The notes beneath the pieces are model-generated. The model saw only the letters and a list, made by a program, of their open reading frames with translations, had not been told where the DNA came from and ran no database searches. Shown here in pieces: positions 12,382 through 26,168 of a stretch of DNA of 64,000 nucleotides. The first letter of the stretch is position 1, and every line of letters starts with the position of its first letter. Position numbers and translations under genes: made by a program. Source of the stretch: Mytilus trossulus (lineage: Eukaryota); NCBI RefSeq assembly GCF_036588685.1, contig NC_086381.1, positions 41,106,001 through 41,170,000 of the forward strand. The letters are read 5' to 3'.

Positions 12382-12840
12382 ACAAGAATGTGTCCCCAGT
12401 ACACAGATGCCCCATCCACACTATCATTTTCTATGTTTAGTGGACCGTGAAAATGGGGGAAAACCTCCAATTTGGCATTAAAACTAGAAATATCATATCA
12501 TAGGGAACGTATAGTACTTTTCGATTTTTGATTTAACTTCAACTTCATCAAAAACTACCTTGACCAAAAACTTTAAGCTAAAACGAAAAAAGAGAAGAAC
12601 GAACAGACGTTCAAACAAGAAAACATAATAGATATAGGAAGATGTGGTGTGATTGCCATTGAGACAACTCTCCATCCAAATTACATTTTATAAAAGAAAA
12701 CCATTAAAGGTCAATGTACAGCCTTCAACACGGAGCCTTGGCTCACACCGAACAAAAAGCTATAAAGGGCCCCAAAATTACTAGTGCAAAACATGATTCA
12801 AATGGGAAAACCAACGGTCTAGTTCATAATGGGGCATAAA
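12382..12840 (+). mobile_element. Family 1 element interrupted by another dispersed repeat (~12630-12820)
   Basis: Same 5' end and core as 1..448; the terminal ggggcataaa resumes at ~12830. Confidence 0.65.
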
Positions 12841-14199
12841 AACAAAAACAATACAAGTTTATAAATTTTCGGTGGCATAATCAAATGACCAAGAAATAGA
12901 TTTGCACAGATTCAAATTCAATGGTATTTAATAATCTCACCACATACATACAAGTATAAACACAAGATAATATTAAATACACAATATAAAAATCTAGAAT
13001 GTATATGCCATTCTTAAAAGAACTATGGGAGCTAGATTATTATATACAATTTCTCACAATCTATCTGTTTCACAATCAAATGACCAGGAAATAGATATAA
13101 ACAGCTTTGTTTATAGGGAATGGCTCTTTTCCTTTTAAGTCTTCCTCAGAAAATGAGATAATGTTCCAAATATTTGTCCATTTTCTAGAAAAATAATTCA
13201 ACAAACACTCAAATTTTCTTTGAAAAATGAGATTATAACAGATCATAAAATTTCTCCTAGAAAACAACCCTACTCAGGACCGACATATTAATAAATAACT
13301 CCATAAAAAAAGTTTAGTATCAGCATAACTTCATGTGCCTTACTAGATTTTAAAATAAATCCATTATAAAATTTGTGTTTAATAAACACAAAAGTTTCAC
13401 ATTTTGTCCCCCAATTTCAAGCACTCTTGGGCAAACTAATCAGTAAGAGTTTTGGTCATAGTTGAAAGTATAGGTAACAGTGACGTACAGTTGTTACAAG
13501 CATATCATTTGGTCTTTGGTGGATTAAGTTGCTTCATTTATAAACTAACCCCATTCCCTAATCTTAACAATATCCTGTGAGTTGACAAGAATCTATGCCC
13601 AAAAACTGTCCAAGCTGATAAAAATTGGTATTTAATAGATTTTATGTACTAACTACAACCTGAAAAACAACCATTATAAAAAACTAAATTTACTTTTATG
13701 GATAATTTATGAGCTTATGAAGAATCACTATTTTTTGCATGAGGTCTTGGAATTTAAATGAAGACAAAGCTAGTTGTATGTAAAGTATAATAAGATCCTA
13801 ATAACACATCTATGAAACCATTCAAAAGAAATTTCTATCAATTAGCTATGTGGAATAAGTTTCTAAGAGAACATTTATTTGCTTATACTTTTCAATTGAG
13901 TGCTGATTTAAATTTCTGTTCATCACAGGTGACTGTCACTCCAGGACTTTTAACTAGCATTACAATAATTAATAATCTTAAACAAAACTGTAATAGCAAC
14001 CGTGCCTTGGAATTCATATCTTCCAGGAGAGTAAGTATGCTTTATTTTATCACATTGTACTTTGACTGTATTATGACTGTTGTTTATCTAAGCATATTGT
14101 TAAAATTTCTGACCAGTTGAATAGTTTGATTGGATAAATAAATTCAAGGTTGGGTCAGAATTGTGAATGAACGGAGAGAAACACTTATCAATTATTGTA

Positions 14200-14307
14200 A
14201 TGTAATTGTTTATTTCCTGAATTTCAATAGTTATAAGTATCCAAAAATATTTCCCTGAAAATGAACATTCATATCAAATATTTCTGTTGTATAAACTGCT
14301 TCTGAAG
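14200..14307 (+). promoter_or_regulatory. Putative non-coding first exon of B1 (donor after 14307, acceptor at 15523)
   Basis: Conserved with 47315..47430 (aattgt.tatttcctgaatttca...taaactgcttc.ga.g|gtaag). Confidence 0.5.
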
Positions 14308-14510
14308 GTAAGATGCTTCTCTTATTATTACCATATTATTTTCTTAAATCATTTCTATTTCATTTTATCCTTGTGAGAAAAAAAGATACGGGGTTAACAT
14401 AAAAGACAAAAAAAAAACTACCTAAAAACAAAAGCTCACCAGAGTCATATAATGACAATAATACAAATGTGAGTGATATATATTCATAATCATAGAAGTA
14501 ATGCATTTGA

Positions 14511-14999
14511 AACAAGAATGTGTCCATAGTACACGGATGCCCCACTCGCATTATCACTTTCTAAGTTCAGTGGACCATGAAATTGGTGTCGTTACTTTAA
14601 TTTGGCATTAAAATTAGAAGATCATATTATAGGTAGCATGTGTACTAAGTTTCAAGTTGATTGGACTTCTGAATAAACTTCATCAAAAACTACCTTGACC
14701 AAAAACTTTGACCTAAGCTTTGCACTATCTTTTTCTTTGATCAGTGAACTGTGAAATTTGGGTCAAAACTTCAATTTGGCATTTAAAATAGAAAGGTCAT
14801 ATCATGGGGAACATGCATACTAAATTTCAAGTTGATTGGACTTAAACTTCATCAAAAACTACCTTGACCAAAAACTTAAACCTGTAGCAGGACGAACGGA
14901 CACACAGACGAACGGTATGACGGACGAATGAATGAAAGGACGAACTGAGGCACAGACTAGAAACATAGTGCCCCTCTACTATCGTAGGTGGGACATAAA
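14511..14999 (+). mobile_element. Family 1 Helentron/pearl-like element in the putative B1 5'UTR intron
   Basis: Colinear with 1..448, including microsatellite and terminal hairpin. Confidence 0.75.
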
Positions 15000-15536
15000 A
15001 AGTGTAATTCATTGAACATTTAAAATCATGGATTATACATAACCACAAAATCTATGGAAATTGGTTTACCATGAATAATATTGAACTGAAAGGATACAAT
15101 GAGCTCCAAGAGTTCTTAGGAAGTGTTGGTGTGATCAAAAATAACAAATTGAAGGCTCATAGGAATTCCTTTACTAAAAAAGAAATATAACACAAGCAAG
15201 AAAACTTAAACCTGTGCACTTATTCTTTTAGATAAAAACATTAAAATATTTGGTTTAAACTGTCAATCTATTGATTTTTCATATCTTTTGTAAAAGGAAT
15301 AACAAGAATTCAACCAAGTTATCATTATAATGTAGTGATGTAGCTAATTTCATCTTATAAATTTTTTATAAGAAAAGTGGAGGTAGCTGGTCAAATTTGA
15401 AAAAGCTAATAATAATGAAAACAAAATGGGCAACATAATGAGTGAACATCCTTCTTCCAGAGTTGATAGCTAAACTTAGTTTGATTTGACAAAGTGGATA
15501 CAAAATTTGTTTACTTTGTACAGGTAGAAAGAAAAA

Positions 15537-18500
15537 ATGACACATGTGGAAAAAAAAGCAGGAAAATCAAATCTTCGATTTAAAGAGACAAAGGCTGAAG
15601 ACCCACCCTCATACAACGATGCCCTTAGATTTCCTGACAAACTATTCAAAAGTGACCGCCATACATTTACCTGCCTAAAGGCTATATTTGGTATCTTCTG
15701 TGGATTTTTTACTGGTGGATTACTGTTTGTTCTGCTAATCTACAGTTTTGGTTTTGCCTTGGATATAGCTGGGTATATATCTATTGGAGTGACAGCCCTA
15801 GCGTGTCTAGGTCTAGCACTATCTGTCCATGTTCGCTGTATCGTGGTATTGATGATTCCTAGTCTATTTACTGGAAGAGGAAGGGTAGCCATTTTGGCAG
15901 TTATATTTGGACTCCTATTATCAGGACCAATCAAAAACATCTCTATAAATACTTCAGAAGTATCAAGAAGTATGGCCTGTAGTACTGAACTCTTTCAGAA
16001 TCAGTCGCACACTCTCAGACAGCAGTTAAATGTACCACTAGAGCAAATTACAAATGCTCTGGACAAACACGCCAAAGATATAAAGGAAATTGGAAAACAA
16101 ATAGATAGAGCAATAAAACCAATTTATGATGCTCTTGTTGCTGTTAAAAATGGTATCGAGAAAGTGAGCAATGCACTGGATACAGCTTCACAGGTAAAAA
16201 AGTAGTCAATGGTGCACTTGATTTAGGTTCACAGGTAAACTAGTAGTCAGTGGTGCACCTGATATAGGTTCACCGGTAAAATAGTAGTCAATGGTGCACT
16301 TGATATAGGTTCACAGGTAAAATAGTAGTCAGTGGTGCACTTGATAAAGGTTCACCGGTAAAATAGTAGTCAGTGGTGCACTTGATATAGGTTCACAGGT
16401 AAAATAGTAGTCAGTGGTGCACTTGATAAAGCTTCACAAGTAAACTAGTAGTCAGTGGTGCACTTGATATAGGTTCACAGGTAAAATTATAAGTCAGTGG
16501 TGCACTTGATATAGCTTCACAGGTGAACTAGTAGTCAGTGGTGCACTTGATATAGGTTCACGGGTAAAATAGTAGTCAGTGCTGCACTTGATATAGGTTC
16601 ACAGGTAAAATAGTAGTCAGTGCTGCACTGGTTATAGGTTCACAGGTAAAATAGTAGTCTGTGGTGCACTTGATTCAGCTTCACAGGTCAAATAATTAGT
16701 CAGTGGTGTACTTGATACAGCTTCACAGGTAAACTAGTAGTCAGTGGTGCACTAGATACAGCTTCACAGGTCAAATAATTACCATAGTCAGTGGTGTACT
16801 TGATACAGCTTCACAGGTGAAATAGCAATTCAATGCGCTGAATTTATTCAGATTCACAGGGAAAATAGTTGGATATATTCACTTGTACACAACACCTGAA
16901 TGTATATGAATGTATACAGAGGCTGATGAGTATGAGAAAATATTTATGTTCTTAAATGATGGAACATATGTTGAATGTAACTAAATATGTTAGCATGTTC
17001 AGCTGTGATTTATAAATGTTAATTCTGATGAGAAAAAGTATCATTTAAAGGTAATATATGCATACCAATAATTGTGGATAATTCAGAAATGATTGTTTAA
17101 TATCTACAAGATTGGGAATAATTATTTCCCATATTCACGATACCTGTTCTTATAATAATTGTAAATACCAATTTACCAATCTGGCATGAGTAATGGATAG
17201 AAATAAAATAATATTTTTGGGTCAGTAAAGATATCATATAATATTTTTTCCAATCGGAAAAATAATTATTACATAAGATTTTTTTTCCATTTTTTACATT
17301 TTAATGAGTGATATGTCAAAATGATATACCAGTCATAAGATGAAATTTCTACCATAATGTTTATTCAAAAGATAATTTATTATGTAATGACATATCCTAT
17401 TGGGCTTTGTTTTATGTGATAAAAATTCTGAGGCATTGGTCCTTTTATTATGCTGATGGAATAAATATCCCATAACAATAATTCCAATTGGAACTTTTGT
17501 AACATAATAAATCTTTGGAATAAATATAATGACGGAACTTATATTCTGTGACATACCTTTAGTGAGAGATTTCTTATGTTTATAATTTATATATTTACAG
17601 GAGTGTGACAGAATGATGAACAAAGTGTATGATGACTGTAGAAGAGAACTCAACAAGGCTTACAGTAAATGTAGGGAGACACTTAGAAAGGCTTTAAGGT
17701 ATAAATATCATCAATCGTCCATTATGTCTGACATCAGAATCATTTGATTATTAGTTTAAACAAACAAAAGATAAAAACCGTGATTCAGCTGCTGCTTGAA
17801 ATATTGGCAAATTAACCTAGGCAGAAAAGTTAACACTGAAAATTGGTAATTATTGTAATTGACCATTGTGTAGAGGAGATTTTTTTTTTTGGCGGGGGGA
17901 TGGGCAGGGCCTCAAAATAGTTGTCAAACTTATAAGTTCTGATGGTAATGCAACTTTAAAGAAAATCTTATCCTACCCATTGTTCTATCACAAGTGGTTT
18001 CTATCAAACTAAATGAAGCAAAAATTTAAAATTGCTTTAATTTCACAGTAATTAGTATACTCTTTTTCAGATATGTTCCAGGATTAGATCAGTCTCTAGT
18101 ATACTATTTTTCAGATATGTTCCAGGATAAGATCAGTATCTAGTATACTATTTTTCAGATATGTTCCAGGATTAGATCAGTATCTAGTATACTCTTTTTC
18201 AGATATGTTCCAGGATTAGATCAGTAACTAGTATATTCTTTTACAGATATGTTCCAGAATTAGATCAGTAACTAGTATACTCTTTTACAGATATGTTCCA
18301 GAATTAGATCAGTTTCTAGTATACTCTTCATTAGATATGTTCAAGGATTAGATCAGTAACTAGTATACTCTTTTACAGATATGTTCCCGAATTAGATCAG
18401 TAATTAGTATTATCTTTTACAGATATGTTCCAGGATTAGATCAGTAACTTGTATACTCTTTTACATATATGTTCCAGGATAAGATCAGTAACTATTATAC

Positions 18501-21500
18501 TCTTTTACAGATATGTTCCAGTATGAGATCAGTAACTAGTATACTCTTTTACAGATATAATCCAGGATTAGATCAGTAACTACTATACTCTTTTACAGAT
18601 ATGTTCCAGAATTAGATCAGTAACTAGTCTACTCTTTTACAGATATGTTCCAGGATTAGATCAGTAACTAGAATACTCTTTTACAGATATGATCCAGGAT
18701 TAGATCAGTAACTAGTTTACTCTTTTACATTTATGTTCCAGGATTAGATCAGTAACTTGTATGCTCTTTTACAGATATGTTCCAGGATTAGATCAGTAAC
18801 TAGTATACTCTTTATTAGATATGTTCCAGAATTAGATCAGTAACTAGTATACTCTTTAACAGATATGTTCCAGTATTAGACCAGTAACTAGTATACTCTT
18901 CTACATATATGTTCCAGGATTAGATCAGTAACTAGTATACGCTTTATCAGATCTGTTCCAGAATTAGATCAGAAACTTGTATACTCTTTTACAGATATGT
19001 TACAGGATTAGATCAATAACTAGTATACTCTTTAACAGATATGTTCCAGGATTAGATCAGTAACTAGTATACTCTTTTACAGATATGTTCCAGAATTAGA
19101 TCAGTAACTAGTATACTCTTTTACAGATATGTTCCAGGATTCTATCAGTAACTAGTATACTCTTTATTAGATATGTTCCAGAATTATATCAGTAACTAGT
19201 ATACTCTTTAACAGATGTGTTCCAGGATTAGATCAGTAAATATTAGACATTTTTACATAAATGTTCCAGGATAAGATTGGTAACTAGTATACTCTTTATC
19301 AGATATGTTCCAGAATTAGATCAGAAACTTGTATACTCTTTTACAGATATGTTCCAGGATTAGATAAGTAACTAGATATAGTATACTCTTTTACAGATAT
19401 GTTCCAGGATTAGATAAGTAACTAGATATAGTATACTCTTTTACAGATATGTTCCAGGATTAGATCAGTAACTAGTATACTCTTTAACAGATATGTTCCA
19501 GGATTAGATCAGTAACTAGTATACTCTTTATCAGATATGTTCCATAATTAGATAAGAAACTTGTATACTCTTTTACAGATATGTTCCAGGATTAGATCAG
19601 TAACTAGAATACTCTTTTACAGAAATTGTCCAGGATTAGATCAGTAACTAGTATACATGTACTCTTTTACAGATATGTTCCAGGATTAGATCAGTAACTA
19701 GTATACTCTTTTACAGATATGTTCCAGGATTAGATCAGTAACTAGTATAGTCTTTTACAGATATGTTCCAGGATTCTATCAGTAACTAGAATACTCTTTA
19801 TTACATACATGTGAACTTCCCGACGGGAGTACAAAACTCCCGTTTTCAGGGGTCTCCTCCCGTCCTCCCGTTTAGGAGAAAAAACTCCCGTGTATGAAAT
19901 ATTTCATGAATGAAAATTTTCAGACGCCATATTTGATCATTTCTTACTACTGTTCAGGTGTAATTGACACCTGTGTTAAATTTTACCTGTACATCAAAGA
20001 AGATGTATAATTATATGGCCTCACTTGACAGCTTGGGTGTCATACATACTGGTAATCAACGATGTTTACCTCTGGCTAACTGCCGTTGTGTTAAAAAAAA
20101 AACGATGTGTATTGGGAATATTGAAATACATTTTTGTTACTTCCCTTTGTTTTATCCTGTTTTCAGTTATTTTGCTTTTAAAAATGTAAATTGTAAAAAG
20201 ACTATAAATGATTAATATTTTCATCAAATAATCATAAAAGGATGTTGATTAAATGAATTTAAATGTTTTGGGACAAATAAAAAAATATAAATTTATAAAT
20301 TAATTTTGCAATTTAGACCTCCTTTCAAGAATGAAATTGGAGTTTATATATTAAATCTGTTTAAAATGTCTTATATTTACATTGAGCTAGAAATAGCAGA
20401 ACAATATACACAGATTAAGTCTTTTTTAAGTTTTCTTCAAATATGACTTTAATAATGCTGAAAAGCCATGCAGTACCACTGTTAGTAGTGTTTGTTATTT
20501 TTATAAATCATTTATGATATTGCAAATATACATTAAGAGCTTATTTCTTTCTTATTTGTCTATACATTTACCAATGATAAGGAGATGGAGACATGAATAA
20601 AAATCTATACAGATAAGATGAATAAATCCAATGATTAATTTGCAAGCAGTGAACAATCATTTATCAAAAACAAAACAAAACAAGAAACAGATTCTTCTTA
20701 ATATTTTAATTTATTCAAATAGAAAGGCAATAAGGGTACATGTACTATAAACATATAACAATTTGATGGATATTTGAAGATAAAACACAATTTCTACATC
20801 ATATGGTTACATTTACGACAAAATTTATGTCGATAAAAAACCTCCTGATCTGAGTCCTAATCTCCTGACCAAAATTTCCAAATCTCCTGATCTGAGTTTC
20901 ACAGTCCATCACATGTATGTTATTATATATGTTCCAGAATTAGATCAATAACTAGTATACTCTTTAACAGATATGTTCCAGGATTAGATCAGTAACTATT
21001 AGACATTTTTACATAAATGTTCCATGATAAGATCATTAACTAGTATACTCTTTATCAGATATGTTCCAGAATTAGATCAGAATCTTGTATACTCTTTTAC
21101 AGATATGTTCCAGGATTAGATCAGTAACTAGTACTCTTTTACAGATATGTTCCAAGATTAGATCAGTAACTAGATATAGTATACTCTTTTACAGATATGT
21201 TCCAGGATTAGATCTGTAACTAGTATATTCTTTTACAGATATGTTCCAGGATTAGATCAGTAACTAGTATACTCTTTTACATATATGTTCCAGGATTGAA
21301 ACAGTAACTAGTATACTCTTTTTCAGGTGGGTTCCAGGTTTAGATATCACAGCAGTCTGTAATATCCTTAATATACAAAAGGTCTGTTTTATACTCAAAC
21401 CATCTTTTGTATGTTCACCAGTCAAAGCAATTGATAAGGCAGCTGAGAAACTTGCGGATTTTGCTGTCAAACTGGTCAAAGATATCGATAAATGGTTTCA

Positions 21501-22575
21501 ATTCAACGTTATCAAGAAGTCTGAGAGTGGCCAGGTGTATAATGCTACCAAAACAGCTAAAGAATTCATTGCTGAGATTGAGAAAGCTCTGACCGACAAG
21601 AAAATAACATTTACTTACATCGTGGAAATTATGAGCAAACTTTTAGCACTTTCCCTACTGTTGCTCCTAACCCAATCATTTTTTTATTTGAAAAATTATC
21701 TGGCCAAGGATGAATTTGATAACATTTACATTACTTCACAGTTTAAGGGTTATGATTCTGAAACACGAGAGAAAGGACAACAGGGCGTGTTACCTCTTCA
21801 AAAGAAGGAAAAGAAACTATACACAGATAGTACATCCTTCATGATGTCTCCAAAAGAAAGAAGTCAGAGTTTGATGGGCATATCTCAGCTCCTCCTACAC
21901 GTATTACTGAGTGCTCTCATTGTGTTCCTTAATTACGTACTGTTCTATATATTGTTCCTTGTGAACAGGTATGGCCAGGTGAATGTAGATGTCACTGGAA
22001 AAAGTAAAATAAACCTAAAGGTCAAAGGAGGACAAATGGCTGCCTTCATAAACAGTTTTATAAATGACATTAACATTGAAAACACATACGAGGCTAGTTA
22101 TAATACATCCGCATGCCTGCCAAGTCCTACGCCTCCTGATGCTACGGACATTCCAGTTCTTTGTTCAGCTTATGCAGCTGCTCTACTCCTGGTTTTACTG
22201 CAAGCTTATGGAGCAAGATACAATCGTAAAATATGTGCCTTCTACTATCCTGAACAGGAAATGGAACGTATCACTTTTCTGCAGAAGAAAATCCTTTACA
22301 ACCGCAAGGGAAGGCACACATTCATTAAACAACATGTTACTTCAATGAAGAATCAAAAAGTTGCTGAGCAGAGAATGTCTGTGAAACAACTGTTATCTGC
22401 AATATGTCCCTGCTTTGAAGTGGAAAAAACAGATCTAAAATTCTGTATGTACTGTGGAGCTAACCAAGGGTCCAGTCATACATTACAGGAATGTAAAAAC
22501 ACAAACTGCAAATCAACTTATTGTTCTGAATGTTTTAATGATTGTGGACATAGTTGTCCTATCTGTAGAAAATAA
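15537..22575 (+). CDS. Gene B1: DC-STAMP domain protein with N-terminal PPxY motif and C-terminal RING-like domain; join(15537..16193,17601..17698,21327..22575), 667 aa
   Basis: Frame-preserving junctions CAG|gtaaaa...ttacag|GAG and AG|gtataa...tttcag|G. The 98-nt middle exon (ECDRMMNKVYDDCRRELNKAYSKC) is missed by the ORF track. Motifs GRGR, GPIKNI, SMACSTEL, DEFDNIYI, FYYPEQEMERI, terminal Cys8. Intron phases (0,2) match type A genes. Confidence 0.9.
16165..16868 (+). repeat. 41-bp minisatellite (~17 copies) derived from the B1 exon/intron donor junction
   Basis: Unit gtagtcagtggtgcacttgatataggttcacaggtaaaata. The first unit overlaps the exon end (atgcactggatacagcttcacag|gtaaaa). Confidence 0.95.
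18045..21345 (+). repeat. 44-bp minisatellite (~48 copies) derived from the B1 acceptor junction, interrupted by a 1.1-kb TIR element
   Basis: Unit agtatactcttttacagatatgttccaggattagatcagtaact. The last unit is the real acceptor (tactctttttcag|gtgggttccaggtttagat). Confidence 0.95.
19804..20919. mobile_element. Non-autonomous DNA transposon (1.1 kb) inserted into the 44-bp array
   Basis: TIRs catacatgtga / tcacatgtatg; flanking ttatta duplication; subterminal ctcccg/ctcctga repeats. Confidence 0.8.
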
Positions 22576-23581
22576 CATGTTTATTGTGTTTATATTATAT
22601 ATCTGATATTTATTGGGGTTTTTTTAATATAAGATTCAGTGAAGAATACAGAATACATGTTCACCAAGATTTGTTAAAACATACAATCTTCAGTTTTCAA
22701 CTTATATATCTAGAAATGTAACAAATCTTTTTTTGAATAAACATGAAGGCAACTTGAAAAAAAGTGCAATACTTTTTTGGAAATTTATAATTTCTGTTTA
22801 ATTTTTTAACCTTTAACTAGCCAATTTGTTACAAATTTAAGACACAAGCATTTGAATCTTATCCCCTCCCACAATATACAAGGAATATTGAATAAAGAAG
22901 GATCACTCAATCTTAATTTTTAAAATTGCCAACAGCTCTTAGTGTCCAGCTATTTCAAGCTGTAATTTTGCTTATGAATATACATCAAGTATTGCTTTTA
23001 ACTATTATTAAATATTTTCATTTATCTTATTTATCTTATTTATATATTCTATTCCCTCTTGTTTTTATGTTAATGTACATCAACAAAGAAATGTGAGGTA
23101 TACACCAATGAGACGCCAGTATGTCAATGGACTACTCTCACCACAACCCTCATACAAGTGGCATATTTCACTAGCTATAAAACAAGGTTCAACCACCATT
23201 TTCTTCAGAAAATGTCTGTACAAAGTCAGGAGTATGACACCTGTGCTTTATTGATTCTGTTGGATGATAAAGTCTAATCTTTGATATAGACTTCTCTTTT
23301 TTTTTATTTACATTGGAGTTAGGTATTTCAGTTTTGCGATAAACAAAAATCCCCTTTGAGCACCATCCATATTCCACAATGTTGGCAATTTCATTAGCAC
23401 CTGTAAGCACATTTTGGTTCATCCAGTGAGCTTATGAAAGTAATGACCCTAAACTCATCCAATCATCTTCAGAGATTATTGGCAGCAACACATGGATTAT
23501 TATTTTTTATACACTTGATTCCAGAAACAGTTAAATGGCCAAGGAATAAGAAAAAACTTTTTAATGTATTGATGCAGCATC

Positions 23582-24960
23582 AGAATAAAAGAGGGACAGT
23601 CAAACTCATAAATTGAAAATAATCTGACGCCATGACTAAAAATGAAAAAGACAAACAGACAAACAATAGTACACATGACACAACATAGAAAACTAAAGAA
23701 TAAGCAACACAAACCCCACCAAAAACAAGGGGTGATCTCAAGTGCTTCAGAAGGGTAAGCAGATCCTGCTCCACATGTGGCATCCGTCGTGTTGCTAATA
23801 TTATAACAAATCCGGTAAATAGTCTTATTCGGGAGTCACATTCATGAAAAGGAAGGGGATTGAAGCTACAATGTAAGGATCATATCTGATATCATTTGTG
23901 AAACTGTTATTTCATATTGATCAACCAACTTGTGTGATGGCATCTATAAAATTTATGAAGGGATGATATCAACTTCACCATTTGGAACTTTTGGTTTTTA
24001 AAATAGTGTCCTTGTAAGCAGCAACACTCTATCATGATAGGAAATGCAAGCACGGGAATATCCTATCAATTGGGAGATATATACTTCGTATGCAGGTGTT
24101 CCTGGATTGTTGGTGGCTTAACGTCCAGTGAGGTGTTGCTGGAATGTTACTAATTAGAAATCAAAAGTTCACAATTGGAAAGCTGAAATCATCTCTTTTG
24201 TCATAAAGTTTTGTTTGCAACCAACCCTCATTGTCAATGTCTAGATGTAAGGGAATATCCTATCAATTGGGAGATATATAACTTGTATAAAGGTGTTGCT
24301 GGATTGATGGTGGCTTAACGTCCAGTGAGGTGTTGCTGGAATGTTACTAATTAGAAATGGAAAGTTCACAATTGGAAAGCTGAATTCATCTCTTTTGTCA
24401 TAAAGTTTTGTTTGCAACCTACCCTCATTGTCAATATCTAGATGTAAGTCAAGATATGAGGCCAACTTTACTGTATCTGGTGTATTCTTTATCTCTAATT
24501 AGATGGGATAGATGCATTCAACATAGTCACCAAATTTTAAATTATTTAACGAAAGACCATCATCAATAATATATAGTGGAAAGTAGAGTTAACATATATT
24601 GCTAACTTCTGTTTGATATCAGCCTCATAATAATAAAGAAACCAGTCGGCAAGAAGAGCCTGGGCACAATTGGTTTCCATTGGAATGCCAACAGTCTGTT
24701 GAAAAACGTAACAAATATGTTGTCAATCAAGAAATCAAGCATCCTGATAAAGTCAGTTTCAGAGAATTTTTTGCTTGAATCAGAGAGGTCCTTTACAAAA
24801 AAGAATTTATCCCTCTCTAAGACAAGATACTTGTGTCTACGTTGACCATTCTTTTTTTTATGAAACAGAGCAATACCAACTCTTTCAATTAGTCTTTTAG
24901 TTTGGAATGTGGAATACTTGTGTAAAGTGTAGAAAAATCAAATGTCTTAATACTATTCCA
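23582..24960 (-). pseudogene. Decayed reverse-transcriptase retroelement fragment (Penelope-like), with an internal ~200-bp duplication
   Basis: Minus-strand remnants IKTFDFSTLYTSIPH (~24905-24950), FQQTVGIPM.TNCA (~24665-24710) and SYLDLHLDIDNEGRLQTKLYDKRDEFSFPIVNFPFL. Multiple frameshifts; 24053-24250 is repeated at 24251-24447. Confidence 0.8.
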
Positions 24961-25421
24961 AGATGAAATTTATAAGTATCCACATCTGATTCACGCCACC
25001 TCTAGAATAGGCAGTTTCACAATTACTTTTAAGTCCATCTTTGATTGCTGATAAAATAGATGTACATAATTTAGAAAGAGGTTTCGTGGAGCACTTGGAA
25101 GACCCAGCAATATACCGCTGTTTGTAAGGACACTTATGCAGTTTAGGTATCCAATACAGTGGTGAAAAATCCTAATCAGGTCCAAATTAGGGCTTGGTTT
25201 ACAATGTATCTTACCTTCTATACATTTCTAAGAATATGATTGGTTACGAGATACCATGTGGAGACCATGTATATCCCATATTAGGTTAGTAAGGTTCAGT
25301 ATAAGGTTAGAAGTGGAGTTGTGTCCCTTTATAAAAACAACACGGCGGTGAGAAAAGTTGTAATTGTTGGCATTGGTTTTTGAAACAGAATTGAAGACTT
25401 GGTCACTTTTATAGGCCACTA

Positions 25422-25537
25422 GCTAGTCTAAATATCACAATATATATGGTGTCAGTAAATTTCATATGGGGGTGAGGGTGAACTTTTACCCCATATGGAA
25501 TTTACTGACCCCATATATGTGGTATTAGTTCACTAGC
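25422..25537. repeat. Palindromic MITE-like hairpin
   Basis: gctagt...gtcagtaaatttcatatgggg pairs with ccccatatggaatttactgac...actagc. Confidence 0.7.
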
Positions 25538-26168
25538 GCACTATGTAACTAATTATATGCACAATACTGAATAACTATATTTGTTTATTAGATTAAGTTT
25601 GCTAGTCTCAAATATGTTTTGTGTATCTCTTCGGAGAATTACAAGTCACTTAGTTAATTATACATAAGACCGCAACTGTTCTATAAACCCTACATATCAT
25701 TCTTTTCATCCTTTTCTGTAATGTCTCAAATTATTTTAAATAAATAATCAACCCATATTGATAAAAATGGCTTATAAAAATCTGAATTAGTTACAACTTG
25801 AAACTATGGTAAGGGAGACAACTCTGTCTGGCTTTAATGTTTTTCATTGCCATTGTATCTTAAGTTGACAACAATATAGACCAATCTGATTTTAATTTTA
25901 CTTGTCATTACACTATGATGTCATAACATGTCGAAATTCAAATAACTGACCTAAAATTTCCATTTCCCTCAAAGTTTTGTCCAAAAATTATACATGAGCC
26001 ACAAGATTATCCAAAAGGCTTTTTTGGTTATTTTTATTTCACAATTTTGCATTCAATGCAAGAAATTGGAAGTCCTAATGCCAAAATATAAGACAACATT
26101 TTAAAATTTAAATAATGATGTCCAATAGACTAAAGTACAAGAAAAAAGGCAGCAAGATACACTAGAGA

